A stretch of 64,000 nucleotides of DNA from Mobula hypostoma (GCF_963921235.1 NC_086097.1:178128001-178192000); one strand, 5' to 3'. Positions 26,343-39,713 are shown, numbered from the stretch's first letter. The notes: generated by a model from the sequence alone, not told the origin. Numbers and translations: made by a program.

Positions 26343-26574
26343 TTGTTTTTGCCTCATCACCTTTTTAGGCTTAAGTTCCAGATACTGCACCTTTGAAAAC
26401 TACCTGCCCAACTCTTACCTTCCCCCTCATTCATTTAAATTTACAATCCTTGAAATTTTGACATAGCAAATAACTTACAATGCTCTGTGGTCCTGCACAA
26501 ATACAATTACTTTGTCACAAAGCTTTGAGGGTTTCTTTGAAAGATGTACAATGTTTAAAGAGAATAAATCTTAC

Positions 26575-26697
26575 CAGTAGCTTCTGCACCAAGGTTTTCA
26601 CATTGTTGGACATCTGCATTGACTGGGTCCCACTGGAAGCCAGTTTAATTAATGTTGCAAGGAAGTTCTTGCATTTCTTCACATTTTCCAAAGTTTC
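26575..26697 (-). CDS. TAF4B: TAF4B exon 5, TAFH/NHR1 domain start (ETLENVKKCKNFLATLIKLASSGTQSMQMSNNVKTLVQKLL)
   Basis: Diagnostic ENVKKCKNFL.TLIKLA motif, tag| and CTG|gtaag boundaries, 123 nt. Not in the ORF track. Confidence 0.97.
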
Positions 26698-28109
26698 CTA
26701 CAATAGAGTTATAAACAATATGAACACAAGTTAAAGAAAAAAAAAACAGCATTAGCAAAATACCTAGTCTTGGTTCCCCCATCAATGGGAAATATCGTCC
26801 ATCAGACACTGCCCATCATAAGCACCAACTGAAACACCAACTTCTGCATTCCACACAACAGAATACAAGTCAGCATAACCTTTCTGCAGACTAAACTGGG
26901 TGTATTCATCACCAATAGCTTGTCCTAGTTCAACCACATTGATGTCATGGCCAAGAAAGCTCACCAACGCCTCTACTTCCTCAAAAGACTAAAGAAATTT
27001 ATCTTGTCCCCATCGACTCTTAGCAATTTTTAGCGATACATCATAGAAAGCATTCTGTCTGGATGTATCGTGGGCTGGTATGGCAACTGTGCATGTGACC
27101 ACAAGAAACTGCAGAGTGTGGACACAGCACAGCACATCACAGGAATCAGCATTCCGTCTAAACTTCTTGCTGCCTCAGTAAAGTAGTCAGCATAATCAAA
27201 GACCCCACCCACCCCAACATTCTTTCCTCCCCTCTCCCATTAGGCAGAAGATGCAAAAGGTGAAAGCAGGTACCAGCAGGCTCAAGACAGCATCTATCTC
27301 ACTGTTATCACCCTTTGAACAGACTTCTAGTATAAAAGACTCTTGGCCTCACAATCTACCTCTTGATCTTGCACTTCATTGTATATTGCATTACACTCTT
27401 TCAGTAGCTTTTGCATTTTATTCTACATTATTGTTTTACCTATTGAAGCTCAATGCATTGTATAATGATTTGATTTGTATAAACAGTGTGCAAGACAAGT
27501 TTTTCCACTGTATTATAGTACATATGACAATAAACCAATACTAAACTTGAGCTCTTGCTATTCTGCTGTATTAAAAGAAATTATATATTCCAATACGCAG
27601 ACCAGAAATCACTCCATCTTTATTTTAAATCAATGAAACAATGTTCTGCCAAGTAATAAGATTGGAAAGCATCCATGAAAAAGAAACTTTTAGATAATAA
27701 TTACTAGGAGCAAACACAGAAGTAACTAGGAGAAGGGACAATTGTTTCAAAACAGGAAAGACCATCACCAGTGTCATCTTGGTGTTATCATTGTTACACA
27801 GCCCTCTGCACCTTCATCTAAGTCTCAAACATCTGCTGGCCGAGACACCAGTAATAGAAGATTAATCAGCATGTGTTGTGCCTTATCACCCAGGCAATTC
27901 TCTACCAAGAAAAGTTTGCCTGCCACTCCATGCTTTCTCATTTGTCACAAATATCAGAACTGAATAGACTACAACAGAAAGGTTATGGCAGCTGGTTTAC
28001 ATAGGAGCCAAAGAAAGTAGTGTCAGCCATACAGACCTTCCCTGGCCTGCTCTGCTATAGAGCCAATCAGAACTCAGCCTCATTTTTCATGTAACCCTAC
28101 ACCCTGACA

Positions 28110-28815
28110 CAAACTCTCCCTCAAAGCTCCAAAAAACAAAAGAGCTGGTTGTGGACTACAGGAGGAATGGACACAGGCCAACCCCTATTGGCATCAATGG
28201 ATCTGGGGTTGAGAGGGTGAACAGCTTTAAGTTCCTCGGCATAAAGATCACTGAGGATCTCATGTGGTCTGTACATACCGGCTGTGTATTAGAATTCACC
28301 TCAGACGGTTGAGGAAGCTTGGTATGGGCCCCCAAATCCTAAGAACTTTCTACAGGGGCACAATTGAGAGCATCTGGACTGGCTGTATCACTGCCTGGTA
28401 TGGCAACTTTACTTCCCTCAATTGCAGGACTCTGCAGAGAGTGGTGCGGACAGCCTAGCGCATCTGTAGATGTGAACTTCCACTATTCAGGACATTTACA
28501 AAGACAGGCGTGTAAAAAGGGCCTGAAGGATCATTGGAGACCCGAGTCACCCCAACCACAAACTGATCCAGCTGCTCCCATCTGGGAAACTGTACTGCAG
28601 CATAAAAGCCAACAGGCTCTGGGACAGCTTCTTCCACCAGGCCATCAGACTGATTAATTCATACTGACACAGTTGTATTTCTATGTTATATTGTTGTACA
28701 TACTACTTATAAATTGCTATAAATTGCACTTTGCATACTTAGACGGAGATATAACAAAGATTTTTACTCATGTATATGAAGGGTGTAAGTAATAGAGTTG
28801 AGTCAATTTAATTCA
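28110..28815 (+). mobile_element. Rex1-type LINE 3' end
   Basis: LRRLRKLG..PQILRTFYRGTIESI.TGCITAWYG; related to 56850-58540. Confidence 0.78.
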
Positions 28816-29390
28816 ACCCATAGACAAAATTATTCAATCTCAGCTTTGAATGATCTTGGCTTGAGACTCTGGGATAGAGAATTTCAAAGAATTACACATC
28901 TCAGAAGAATTCATTAAAGTTAAAGTTGAGTTTATTATTGTATGCACAAATACAGGTACTGTATGTGCAGGTGCAATGAGAAACTTACTTGCAGCAATAC
29001 TGACATACTTGCACATAGTATCATATAAGCAGCATCTCCACCTTCAGAGGAGAATCACTTATTCAGAAACTACACCCCCTATCTGACACTCACCCATAGT
29101 GGCAAAGATCTAAACACTTAGGAGTGCAGTGGTATTGCCCTTCATTATAAAGTACTTCTCTGAGGATCTAGGAAAAAGGGCGAAGTGCCCAAGTGATGCA
29201 GCAAACAAAAGGGGTAGAATTCTAAGCATGATGTTAATCCCACACATAAAGACGTTAAAGACATTGCTACATTTACAAATTTGAGTGGGTGCCGATGATA
29301 AATGGTGACAAGAGACTACGGATGCTGGAATCTGCAAAAGGAATTCAGCAGGTTATGCAACCTCTGTGGAGGGGAGGGGGACTGGAAGGT

Positions 29391-29598
29391 GGGGGTGAAT
29401 ACTTATGCAGTTATTTTGTGTTTTATACTTGTAATTAATTTTGATCACTTTGAAGAAATCTGTTTTCACTTTGACATCAAAGTCTTTTTTCTGTTGATCA
29501 GTCAAAAAAGCCGAATTAAATACACTGTAATTCAATTATATAAAACAATAAAACATGAAAACTTCCGGGGGGGGGGTGCGTACTATTTATAGGCACTG
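29391..29598. mobile_element. Isolated Tc1 terminal inverted repeat (same family as 41266-42226)
   Basis: Reverse-complement match to 41266-41437; ends ...ggcactg. Confidence 0.75.
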
Positions 29599-30232
29599 TG
29601 GAAGATTGAGGGGATATGTGATAGAGGTATACAAAATTATAAGGGGTATAAATAAGGTAAATGCAAGCAGAGTTTGGGTGGGACTACAACTCAAGGTCAT
29701 AGGTTAAGGGTGAAAGGCAAAAAGTTTAAGGCAAACATAAGGGAAAACTTCTTCACTGAGAGCGTGGAATGAGCTTCTAGTGCAAGTAGTGCATGAGAGC
29801 TCAATTTCACTGTCTAAGAGAAGCTTGGATAAGTACATGGATATGGAGGGCTATGGTCCGGCTGCAGTCGATGGCAGTAGGCAGGTTAAATGGTTCGGCA
29901 CAGACTAGATGTGCTTAAGAGCCTGTTTCAGTCCTGTACTTCTCTGACTTCGTCTAATTGGAGAATTTTCAATGACAAATCATGGGAACAAAAGGCTGAA
30001 TGGCTCATGTGTCACAAACCAGTGCATCTTCTGTCAAGTGTAATGTGCTGTAAACAAGGTAACATCAGTTATTAATAGCAAGAAAAATATAGGCAAAACT
30101 GAACGGGGCAAATGGGAAGAGTAATACAAGTCAGTGATGATAACCCTCCTTCTGAAGAGATCCACACTATTGTGCTACAACTCCTGGATCCCCCAACCAA
30201 GGATTACTTTTAACTTAGCTTAATTGTCTTAC

Positions 30233-30349
30233 CGGTGAAGTGGTGGTTTGTACAACTTGCACAGTGGCTGACGAATTTACTGGTGTTGATGGTTTCAGAG
30301 CAACAGCTGTTATGGATTTTGCTGTAGTGGCCCCACTCACAGGCTGTGA
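30233..30349 (-). CDS. TAF4B: TAF4B exon 4 (SQPVSGATT...QTTTSP)
   Basis: ctttttcatgtcattaag| acceptor and CCG|gtaaga donor, 117 nt in frame. LKPS and terminal SP resemble the TAF4B exon preceding TAFH. Confidence 0.82.
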
Positions 30350-30463
30350 CTTAATGACATGAAAAAGAACAGTTATGAGATGCTGCAGTTGGCTTGTCAT
30401 GTAAGTAATGTTTTTTTTTTATTTAGGCTGAATAGCCATGCTGTACAATGTCTATCACTGTCA

Positions 30464-32258
30464 CATAGGCGGCCTTAGCCATGTTTCACCCGTTTCAACT
30501 GAAACGGGCCCCGCCCTCCCAGGGGCCCCCGACTGACATGCAAAAATTTAATGCACAGCTCCCAGACGCCACAATATTCTCCTGCTATTGCCAGCTGAAC
30601 CACCAGTGGGTGCTCGCTGACTGACATCTGAGAAAATACATTAAAATATTTACTTCACTTGTAAACATTGCTCCTAGCACAGAAGGTTACTTTTCAATGA
30701 GAGGAAAATGAAATGCTCCTATCCTAGTGGTGCTGAAAAACGGAAAATATTAGACAACAAAACAAAACGTCTAAATAGTCTTCCAAATGTTACATCTTTC
30801 TTTGGTCCAGCATCTGTAAAAGGCCCGCCGACTACAGTTGCTGCTGCACTATCTTCACAGCATGGGGCTGCAGAGCCAAGTGACAGTGTAAGCGGTACAG
30901 GAGATGTTGATAATCAGAGCAATGAAAATGAGAAGAACAATTCTACTCAAACAGATGGTGAAAATGATGACCAAATTTTGATGAACAAGCACCACAGCAT
31001 GATGACAGTCCTACAACTGAGACAGGTGAGGGAGATGCTGCCACCAGCACATCAGACAGAGAGAAAGCCCCACTAACATTCACAGCGACCAATCCGGCAC
31101 GTTGGCCAACTCATATCACCAGTGACCAACAGATCGACATTGTTAGGAAAGGTCCCGTTCAGTTAGAGGGCATTAACTTTCCACAGAGCCAATCACGCCG
31201 TCGTTTTACCAAGGACAGAGATCTCATGAAGATGAAAAATGGAGAAACCATTCGTAGGTCATGGGAAGTGTACTCAGAATCATCTGATTCAATTTTTTTT
31301 GCTGTACCCTATTTGGCAGCAAAGATCACAGTCTCACTTGCGGAGGTCTCAGAGTGTGGGAGCGACTCACTCTCACACTCCAGGATCATGAGAAGTCAAA
31401 TGCGCACCGTGCCAACATTGATAGCTGGCACTAGCTGGAAACGTGCTTAAGAACACACAGTGCCATTGACAGCACGTACCAAGAAATGCAAATGCTGGAA
31501 AAAAAAACACACTGGAATAATGTCACGAAGAGGTTCATTGCCATAGTCTGTCACCTTGTAGAACGAAACCTTCCTTTCCGTGGCCACAATTCCACCCTAC
31601 ATGAACCAAATAATGGGAACTTTCTGGGTCTGGTGGAGCTGCTTGCCGAGTTCGACCCAGTGATGAGCAAACATGTCAGATGAGCAGAGAAAAAAAAGAG
31701 ATTGCTGACCACTACATGGGGAAAGCCATACAAAATGAGTTAATCACACTTATTGGAGACAAGACACCGGAAGCGATAACAGAGTAAAACAATCACATTA
31801 CTACTGGCTGATAATGGACTGCACCACTGACACTGCACACATAGAGCAGCTCTCTGTGACACTGCACATTGTCAAATGCCAAATAAATGTCGGAGCTACT
31901 GTTAGTGAGCATTTTGTCGGTTTCCTACCGGTGCTTGACACAACAGGTGCAGGCCTAACCGACGTTTTCTTAACACATATTGAGAAATTAGGATTAGATA
32001 ACTCAAAATGCAGGGGGCAGGCATATGATAACGGGAGAAATATGCGGGGGAAAAATAGCGGGGTGTAGAAGAGGGTGCTAGATATCAACAAAAAAAAGCA
32101 CTGTGCACATAATGCATCAACGTTTAAGTCGGAAATTATACCATTATTGATGCAAACCAACTTGAATATTCGCTTTTTTTCCTTTCTTTTTTGGGAAGCA
32201 GGGGTCGGGCCCCACATTAACTCCTAAACAGGCCCCCAGATGCTTAAGGCTGCCTATG
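30464..32258 (+). mobile_element. hAT (Tip100/ZMYM1-like) transposon, internally deleted
   Basis: TIR cataggc(g/a)gcctta and 8-bp TSD cactgtca (30456-63 and 32259-66). Peptides YPSGAEKRK, NLPFRGH..NNGNFLGLVELLAEFD, DCTTD..HIEQ and CRGQAYDNG.NM.G. Confidence 0.93.
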
Positions 32259-32689
32259 CACTGTCATTTAAGTAGTGTACTCTGGTTAAATGAGTCACCG
32301 GTTAATTGGTGCAGTTGCTCATTTTGGAAAACACTTAAGGAACAAACAAAAATAATCAAGCATATAACCAGGATTCCCTTCATTCATTTGGGACAGCATG
32401 CCATTTAACCGGGACAGGAGATTGTTGCTGAACAGCTTCTAACTAGTGCCAGTAGCCTGCACTTGTGGGGTGGTTAGACACTAAAATATGCTTAGAGTGA
32501 ACAGTTCTTAAAATAGTGTCAGTTGTGTGTGCTTGCATTGAATTATGTTTGGGCTGATGGATGCCAATTCAAAAAGCAATGATTTTTTTGAAAATTTTGT
32601 TTTTTATTTTGACTTTTAAAAATTTTCAGGCCCTTGTCAAGATACTACAAAAAGATTTGACACCAACTGAAAAAATTACACTATTGGAA

Positions 32690-34435
32690 CAGAATCAGAT
32701 TTAATTTCACTGGCATATTTCGTGAAATTTTTTCTTATGTGGCAGCAGTACGTTGCAGCACATAATGACAAAAAAACTGTAAATTACATTAAATTACAAA
32801 ATATTTTATGTATAAATAAACTAGTGCAGAAAGAGGAAATAAAGTGTAAGATAGTGTTCATAGGTTCAACGTCCATTCAGAAATCTAATGGCAGAGGGAA
32901 ATAAGCTGTTCCTTGATCGTTCAGTGTGCACATTCAAGCTTCAAATACCTACCCCCCAGATGGCAGTAATGAGAAGAGGGCATGTCCTGGGTGATGGGGG
33001 TCCTTAATGATGGATGCCATCTTTTTGAGGAATCGCTCCTTGAAGATTGTCTTGGGTGCAGGGGAGGTTAGTGCCCATAATGGAGCTGACTGAGTTTACA
33101 AGTTTGTGCAGTTTATTTCAATCCTGTGCAGTGCCCCCCCCCACCTCATTCTAGACAGTGATACGCCAGTTAGAATGTTCTCTATAGTATATCTGTAGAA
33201 ATTCACGAGTGTTTTTGGATCCATACCAAATCTTCTCAAACTCGGAATGAAAAATAGCTCTGCCGTCCTTTCCTTGTAACTGCATTGATAATGTTGGGCT
33301 CAGGATAGATGCTGATCCTCACTGATGTTGACACCCGAGATCTTGAAATTGCTCACTCTTTCCACTTCTGATCCCTCAATGAGGACTGGTGTGTACCTTT
33401 TCTGACTTCCACAATCAGTTCTTTGGTCTTTTAGACACTGAGTGCAAGGTTGTCGCTGAAACACCACACTACTACAGCAGCCGATCAACCTCACCTCTGT
33501 ATGCCTTCTTGTCACCATTTGAAATTCTGCCAACAATATCAGATTTATAGATGGTATTTGAGCTGTGCCTAGACACACAGTTATGGGTGTAGAGTGTGGA
33601 GCAGTGGGCGGAGCACTCATCCTTGAGATGCATCAGCGTTGATTGTCAGGATGTGGCGATGTTTTTTCCGATCCACATAGGCCGTGGCCATCTGTTGAGG
33701 ATCCAGCTGCACAGGGAGGTAGAGGCCCAGGTTTTGGAGGTTTTTCATCAGAACTATTGGAAAAATTGTGTCAATCACCAAGTCAATAACAGCAGTCTGA
33801 CATAAGTATTAGTATTGTCCAGGTGCTACATGCATAGCCAATGAAATTGCATCCACTGTAGATCTATTATAGCAATAGGCAAATTGCAGTGGGTCCAGTT
33901 CCTTGCTTAGGCAGGAGTTGATACTAGCCATAGCTAATCTTTCAAAGCACTTCATCACCATAGATGTGATTGCTACTGGACAAAAATCATTAAGGCAGCT
34001 CATCCTGCTCTTCTTGGGTACTAGCATGATTGTTGCCCTTCTGAAGCAGGTAGCAATGAGATGTTGAAAATGTCTTTGAATACATCTGCCAGTTCGTTGG
34101 CACAAGTTTTCAGAGCCCTACCAGGCACACCATTGGGGCCAGTCACCTTGCAAAGATTCATCCTTTTGAAAAACTTTCTGATGTCAGCCTCCAAGACACC
34201 TCACAGGATTACAAGATGATGCACGTATCCTCACAGCTGTCATTTTATTCTCTTTCGAAGCATGTATAAAAGGCAGTGAGCTCATCTGGGAGTGAAGCAT
34301 CATCGTCGTTCACGATGTTACATTTCACTTTGTAGAAAGTAATGGGCTGCAAACCCTGCCAGAGTTGACACGCATCCGATTCTGTCTCTAACCTTGGAAT
34401 TATTCTTTTGCTCTTGAGATAGACCTCCAGTAAAT
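32690..34435 (-). mobile_element. Degenerate Rex1/Babar-type LINE
   Basis: RT peptide PKKSRMSCLNDFCPVAITS.VMKCFERL...LDPLQFAY. Confidence 0.8.
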
Positions 34436-34752
34436 TCAAGAAAGCACACAGGAAGAAAGGTAGTGCTATACTGCAACTGCAGAAACATCAAAATCTTCAA
34501 AACTCCCTGACTTGCTTCAAAAATTTTGTGCAGATAATATCTACAATGCCAATGAAACAGTCCTTTAAAAAAAAATCGTACCACGCTGGACAGTTCCCTT
34601 GGCTACAAACATGCGATACTATCAGGTTCAAAGAAAGCAATGAATTGCATAATGGAGCTGCACTGGGTGTCTGTATTGATTCTGCCCATTTTCCAGTCAA
34701 TCAAATGGCAGCATACACTGGATGAATTCCTCTGACAATAAACTTTTGGAAC

Positions 34753-35484
34753 TAATACTCGTGGTGGCATCCATTAGTCTCGCGAGACCAGGGATCTGCG
34801 CCTGGAAAGTCTTGCTTCAGTCTGTGTTGGTAGAGCAGCATCTGTTGTGGCTGTAGAGGCTCACACGGGAATAACAGTCTCGGCCGCAGCACCAACCGGT
34901 AGACTGCTGCTTTCCGTGTTGTGCCGTCGCGGTGAGGCGACGCTGGAGTGTCCTCTCCAGGACGCAGGCCTGGGCAAGGTTGTATGGAAGACCGGCAGTT
35001 ACCCATGCAGCAAGTCTCCTCTCTCCATGACATCGATGTTGTCCAAGGGAAGGGCAAGGGCTGATACAGCTTGGCATCAGTGTCATCACAGGAGTTACCA
35101 GAATGAGATTGAAGGCAATGTTGAGCTGCCTTAGGGACTCCAGCTCCGGATTTGTCCTCAGGGTTTACTCCCGAAGCCTTTCCCATGAGTGGGTATGGCC
35201 GCAAGGCAGCAGAGGTTTGTAATCAGAGTTTTCCTTCTCTTAGATGGTCTGTCTTCCCAGGCTGATGAGCTCCATCTACCTGAAGCACTAGTTTTAAGGT
35301 GCCAGGACCCGCCTTCGCCCCTTCTCCTGTCAGTAGAAACAGTTCCGCCGGGCTTAGAGGTTAAGCCACACGAGAAAGCCAGGAGTTGGACTTGGTTGTC
35401 AGAGGCTATTTGAGGCGCATGCCGTGAGGAGCACTTTTAGGTAGTGGAAGCTTGTCCCCACTACCACTCCTCAGCTTGACAAGC
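34753..35484 (-). mobile_element. RTE-related non-autonomous retroposon (5'UTR-like head plus tail shared with the SINE at 12429)
   Basis: ttggaac direct repeats flank it; the tail is homologous to 12560-12745. Confidence 0.6.
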
Positions 35485-35971
35485 TTGGAACCAACTCAGT
35501 TTTAAAGTATTGCTAGTGTTCTTATTTTTTCTGTATTTCATTTAAATACACAACTTGTTACTCAATTAAATGGTAGTTTATATCTTATACCTTTTTAATT
35601 ATCTCCATGATACTCAGCTAATTGGACCCCAAAATGTACTGGTCCTAATGTCTCTGAATTAACAGGAATAAGCCCAATTTATACTTCTGCATTAAATGAA
35701 TGCCATAGGGTGACGTGCACATCCCCAAAAATGTAACTCACACGTCGTGGCGACACAGACCACAACAACTGTGATTGGTCCGCTTGGTAGCATCGCATTT
35801 CCTCCTACGCATTTCAGGTTCCTTTTCTCCGCCATGTCTGTACACTGATGCGAAATAAATGGTTGGAGACGATGAACCAAACCATCAAATCTACCTGCCG
35901 ACATCCAAAAATATTTGAAATGCATTTCCTCGCCCATGTTTCTCACAAAGAAGCTCAACACAGTGGCATAG

Positions 35972-38660
35972 AAAACACAAGGGGATCCTAGACTGAAGCA
36001 AGGAGCAGTTGAAGATGTCAGCAAACACTCCAGCTAGCTCGCTTGCACAGGCCCGGAGAACCTGTCCTGGGACGCCATCTGGGCCCGTCGCCTTCCTTGG
36101 CTTTATCTTCAGGAAGGCCATTCTAACCTCCTCCTCGGTGATGACAAATCTCGATGCCACTAGGTCCGGTTCATCCAGAGGGAACGGGACGCTCCTCTTC
36201 TGTTCGAATCTTGCATAGAATACGATAAATTCATCAGGAAGGGAAGCGCCACAGTTATTGATATTCCCATCCTTTTCTTTGCGCCCAGTGATCTCATTTA
36301 GACCCTGCCATAGTCTACTGGCATCCCTTTGGTTAGCCTGGGCTTCCAATTTGGCTTGATATTGCCTCTTGGCGCCCTTAATAGCTTTCCGGAGTTCACG
36401 TCTGGATTCCGTGTAGCAACTGGTATCCCCGGACCTAAAAGCCAGAGCTCTTGCCTTTAAAAGAGACTTGACCTCATAATTCATCCAAGGTTTCGTGTTA
36501 GGGAATACCCAGATCGTCCTGCGAGACACACAGTCCTCCGTGCATTTCCAAACAAAGTCCGTGACAGCTGAGGCATACTCATCGAGGTTAGCTGCCGAGT
36601 CCTTGAATACTAACCAGTCCACTGATTCAAACCAGTCACGAAGGACCTCATCCGTTTCCTTCGTCCAACGCGACATTACTTTTGACACTGTGACCTCCCG
36701 CTTCAGTTTCTGTTTGTAAGCCGGGAGGAGGAGTACGGCCTGATGGTCTGATTTTCCGAAGTGAGGTCGTGGGACGGAATGGTAGGCATCCTTGACTGCT
36801 GTGTAGCAGTGGTCAAGTATATTCGGGCCTCTAGTGGGGCAAGAGACATGTTGGTATAACTTTGGCATCGCCTTTCTGAGGTTGGCCTGGTTAAAGTCCC
36901 CGGCTGTAATGAGCAAAGCCTCCGGATACCTGGTCTCAAGTTCACTGATGTTGGCATACAATATGTTCAGAGCACACTCCACGTCCGCCTGGGGGGGGGA
37001 TGCAGACCGCTGTCAGTATGACTGAGATGAATTCCAGTGGCAGATAGTAGGGAGGACACTTCACCGACAGGTGTTCCAGGTCCGGGATGCAGGATCTTGT
37101 CAGTGCCACTGTGTCCGAGCACCACCCAGTGTTGATCAATAGGCAGACACCACCTCCCCTCGTCTTGCCCGAAGACGCCGTGCGGTCCATCCGATGGATT
37201 GAAAATCCCTCCGGTCGGATGGCACAGTCGGGGGTGGCAGGGGAGAACCAGGTCTTGGTGAAACAGTGCTTCGAGAGATTGGTTATGGCACGCATCAACC
37301 ACAGCCTACCGGTCAACCTCGACGCTTTGCAATTCGCCTACCGGAGCAACAGGTCAACGGCAGATACCATCTCTCTGGCCCTACATTCCTCCTTAGAACA
37401 CCTGGAGAATAAAGACGCATACGTAAGGCTCCTTTTCATTGACTACAGCTCTGCCTTTAATACCATCATTCCAAATAAACTGATTCCTAAGCTTCGGAAC
37501 CTGGGCCTTAGCACTCAGATCTGCAGCTGGATCTTCAACTTCCTCACAGACAGGACCCAGGCTGTAAAATTAGGGGACAAGCTCTCCTCTACAATCACTC
37601 TGAGCACCGGTGGCCCACAAGGCTGTGTACTCAGCCCCCTGCTGTACTCACTGTACACCCATGATTGTGTAGCCAAGTTTCCATCAAACTCAGTATACAA
37701 GTTTGCTGATGACACAACAATTGTAGGCCATATCTCGGGTAATGATGGGTTAGAGTACAGAGAGGAAATTAAGAACCTGGTGGCACAGTGCGAAGACAAT
37801 AACCTATCCCTCAACGTCAGCAAGACGAAGGAATTGGTTGTTGACTTCAGAAGGAGTAGCGGACCGCACAACCCAATTTACATTGGTGGTGTGCAAGTGG
37901 AACAAGTCAAAAGCTTTAAGTTCCTCGGGGTCAATATCACAAATACCTGACTTGGTCCAACCAAGCAGAGTCCACTGCCAAGAAGTCCCACCAGCGCCTT
38001 TACTTCCTGAGAAAACTAAAGAAATTTGGCCTATCCCCTAAAACCCTCACTAATTTTTATAGATGCACTGTAGAAAGCATTCTTCTAGGGTGCATCACAA
38101 CCTGGTATGGAAGTTGTCCTGTCCAAGAGCGAAAGAAGCTGCAGAAGATCGTGAACACGGCGCAGCACATCACACAAACCAATCTTTCGTCTGTGGACTC
38201 ACTTCACACTACACGCTGTCCGAGCAGTGCTGCCAGGATGATCAAGGACACGACTCACCCAGCCAACAGACTTTTCATCCCTCTTCCCTCCGGGAGAAGG
38301 TTCAGGAGCTCAAGACACGTACGGTCAGATTTGGGAACAGCTTCTTTCCAACTGTGATAAGACTGCTGAACGGATCCTGACCCTGATCTGGGCCGTACCC
38401 TCCAACTATCCGGACCTGCCTCTCAGTTTTTTTGCACTACCTTACTTTCCATTTTTCTATTTTCTATTTATGATTTATAATTTAAATTTTTAATATTTAC
38501 TAATTTTAACTATTTTTAATATTTACTAATTTTAACTATTTTTAATATTTAGTAGTTGTAATCCAGGGAGTGTGAAGCGCAGAATCAAATATCGCTGTGA
38601 TGATTGTATGTTCTAGTACCAATTGTTTGGCGACAATAAAGTATAAAGTATAAAGTTAAG
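35972..38660 (+). mobile_element. Rex1/Babar-type LINE with 5' inversion (APE and N-terminal RT on minus at 35972-37265; remaining RT and 3'UTR on plus)
   Basis: GDFN and SDH APE motifs on minus; PQG and FADD RT motifs on plus. aataaa(gtataaa)n tail and tagaaa direct repeats at 35969 and 38661. Confidence 0.9.
38488..38550. repeat. AT-rich tandem duplication of about 27 bp in a LINE 3'UTR
   Basis: ttttaatatttactaattttaactat occurs twice, plus a partial third copy. Confidence 0.8.
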
Positions 38661-39596
38661 TAGAAATCCCAACTAGCGTTTTGGCAGTGAATTGCAGAGC
38701 AACGCAGTCACAACTACGCATGCTCGCTATGGCGTAGGGCTACACAAAAGTATAAATCAGGCCTACAGCGTAGCCCCTACGCACAAGTATAAATCAGCCA
38801 CACTGTATCCACATATTCCCAGTTCCGTACATTCCTGCACAAATTGTAGAAACATGCCTTTCAGACAATATCGCCTCATTTAAATGCATGAACTTATTTA
38901 TCTGCACATGCTTGAAATTTTCACCCAGAAAACTATACCTCCACTGATTTAGCACAGTACTAGATAGGCTAGGTGAGAAAATGGGTCTCAAATCCAAGAT
39001 GTTCTGACTCAAGCCAAATGGGACCCCTTACCTGTCAAAGGCACAAATCAGAACTAATTATTGAAAGCTGAAAATAACAAAGGGCTTAGGTAGAATTCGA
39101 GGTTTTACACACTTTACTACTATTTTAAAGAAAGTGGTCAAGTTTCAACTTTATTCATCATATACACATGTATTAGGAAATCGCTGTGGTGTGTTGGGGA
39201 GGTGTAACACAAGACAAAAGGCAATATTCAAGAATTATCATGCACAAAAAACCAAAAAAGTTAGAGCTTAAAGTACAGATATGGAATAAGTGTACAAATA
39301 TATTCTATATAGAATACCAATATATATTTACAATGTAAACATTATAAAAAGTGGTTTAAATTGTTTACAGTGCAGTGCACTGTCGGGGATAATCGATAGA
39401 TGGGGTTGGGAGAGGCTAACTGTAATGGTTGATCAGATTAAGTGCCTGGGTTGATCAGATCAAAATCACAAACTGGAATCAGCTTTGGTCCACCATGTCC
39501 ATGTCATATACACTAATCACACTTGCCTGCACACTTTTAAGCTTTTCATACACAAATGTAAAGAACATCTGATATTCAGCAAAGCACTCTTCTCAC

Positions 39597-39713
39597 CTGC
39601 ACGAGAGTGATGCGCTGTGGAACAGTATTTGTCTGAACTGGGGCTTGCAACGGGTTCACCTGCTGAACACCTGATGCCTTCACTTGATTGGTAACTATCT
39701 GGGTTTTATTTGT
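39597..39713 (-). CDS. TAF4B: TAF4B exon 3 (TNKTQIVTNQV...RITLVQ)
   Basis: Polypyrimidine tract with ccag| acceptor, CAG|gtgaga donor, 117 nt open in frame. Confidence 0.8.

Larger units (their letters stand above)
35670..38799 (-). mobile_element. PIF/Harbinger non-autonomous element interrupted by a Rex1 LINE
   Basis: TIRs agcccaatttatacttctgc / gcacaagtataaatcagcc (the latter duplicated). Transposase remnant [23 protein letters not shown]. Confidence 0.7.
32274..38805. mobile_element. Old Tigger-like element fragmented by nested insertions
   Basis: Degenerate termini agtgtactctggttaa... and ...ttaacaggaat[insert]cactgta. Small pieces lie at about 32274-32690, 34440-34750 and 35490-35669. 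Confidence 0.45.

Noticed and set aside
26139..26466. Poly-Leu/Pro and poly-Gly/Ser ORFs
   Set aside because: Translations of a microsatellite next to a LINE fragment.
30708..32068. ZMYM1-like host gene
   Set aside because: Multiple frameshifts and stops, bounded by hAT TIRs and an 8-bp TSD.
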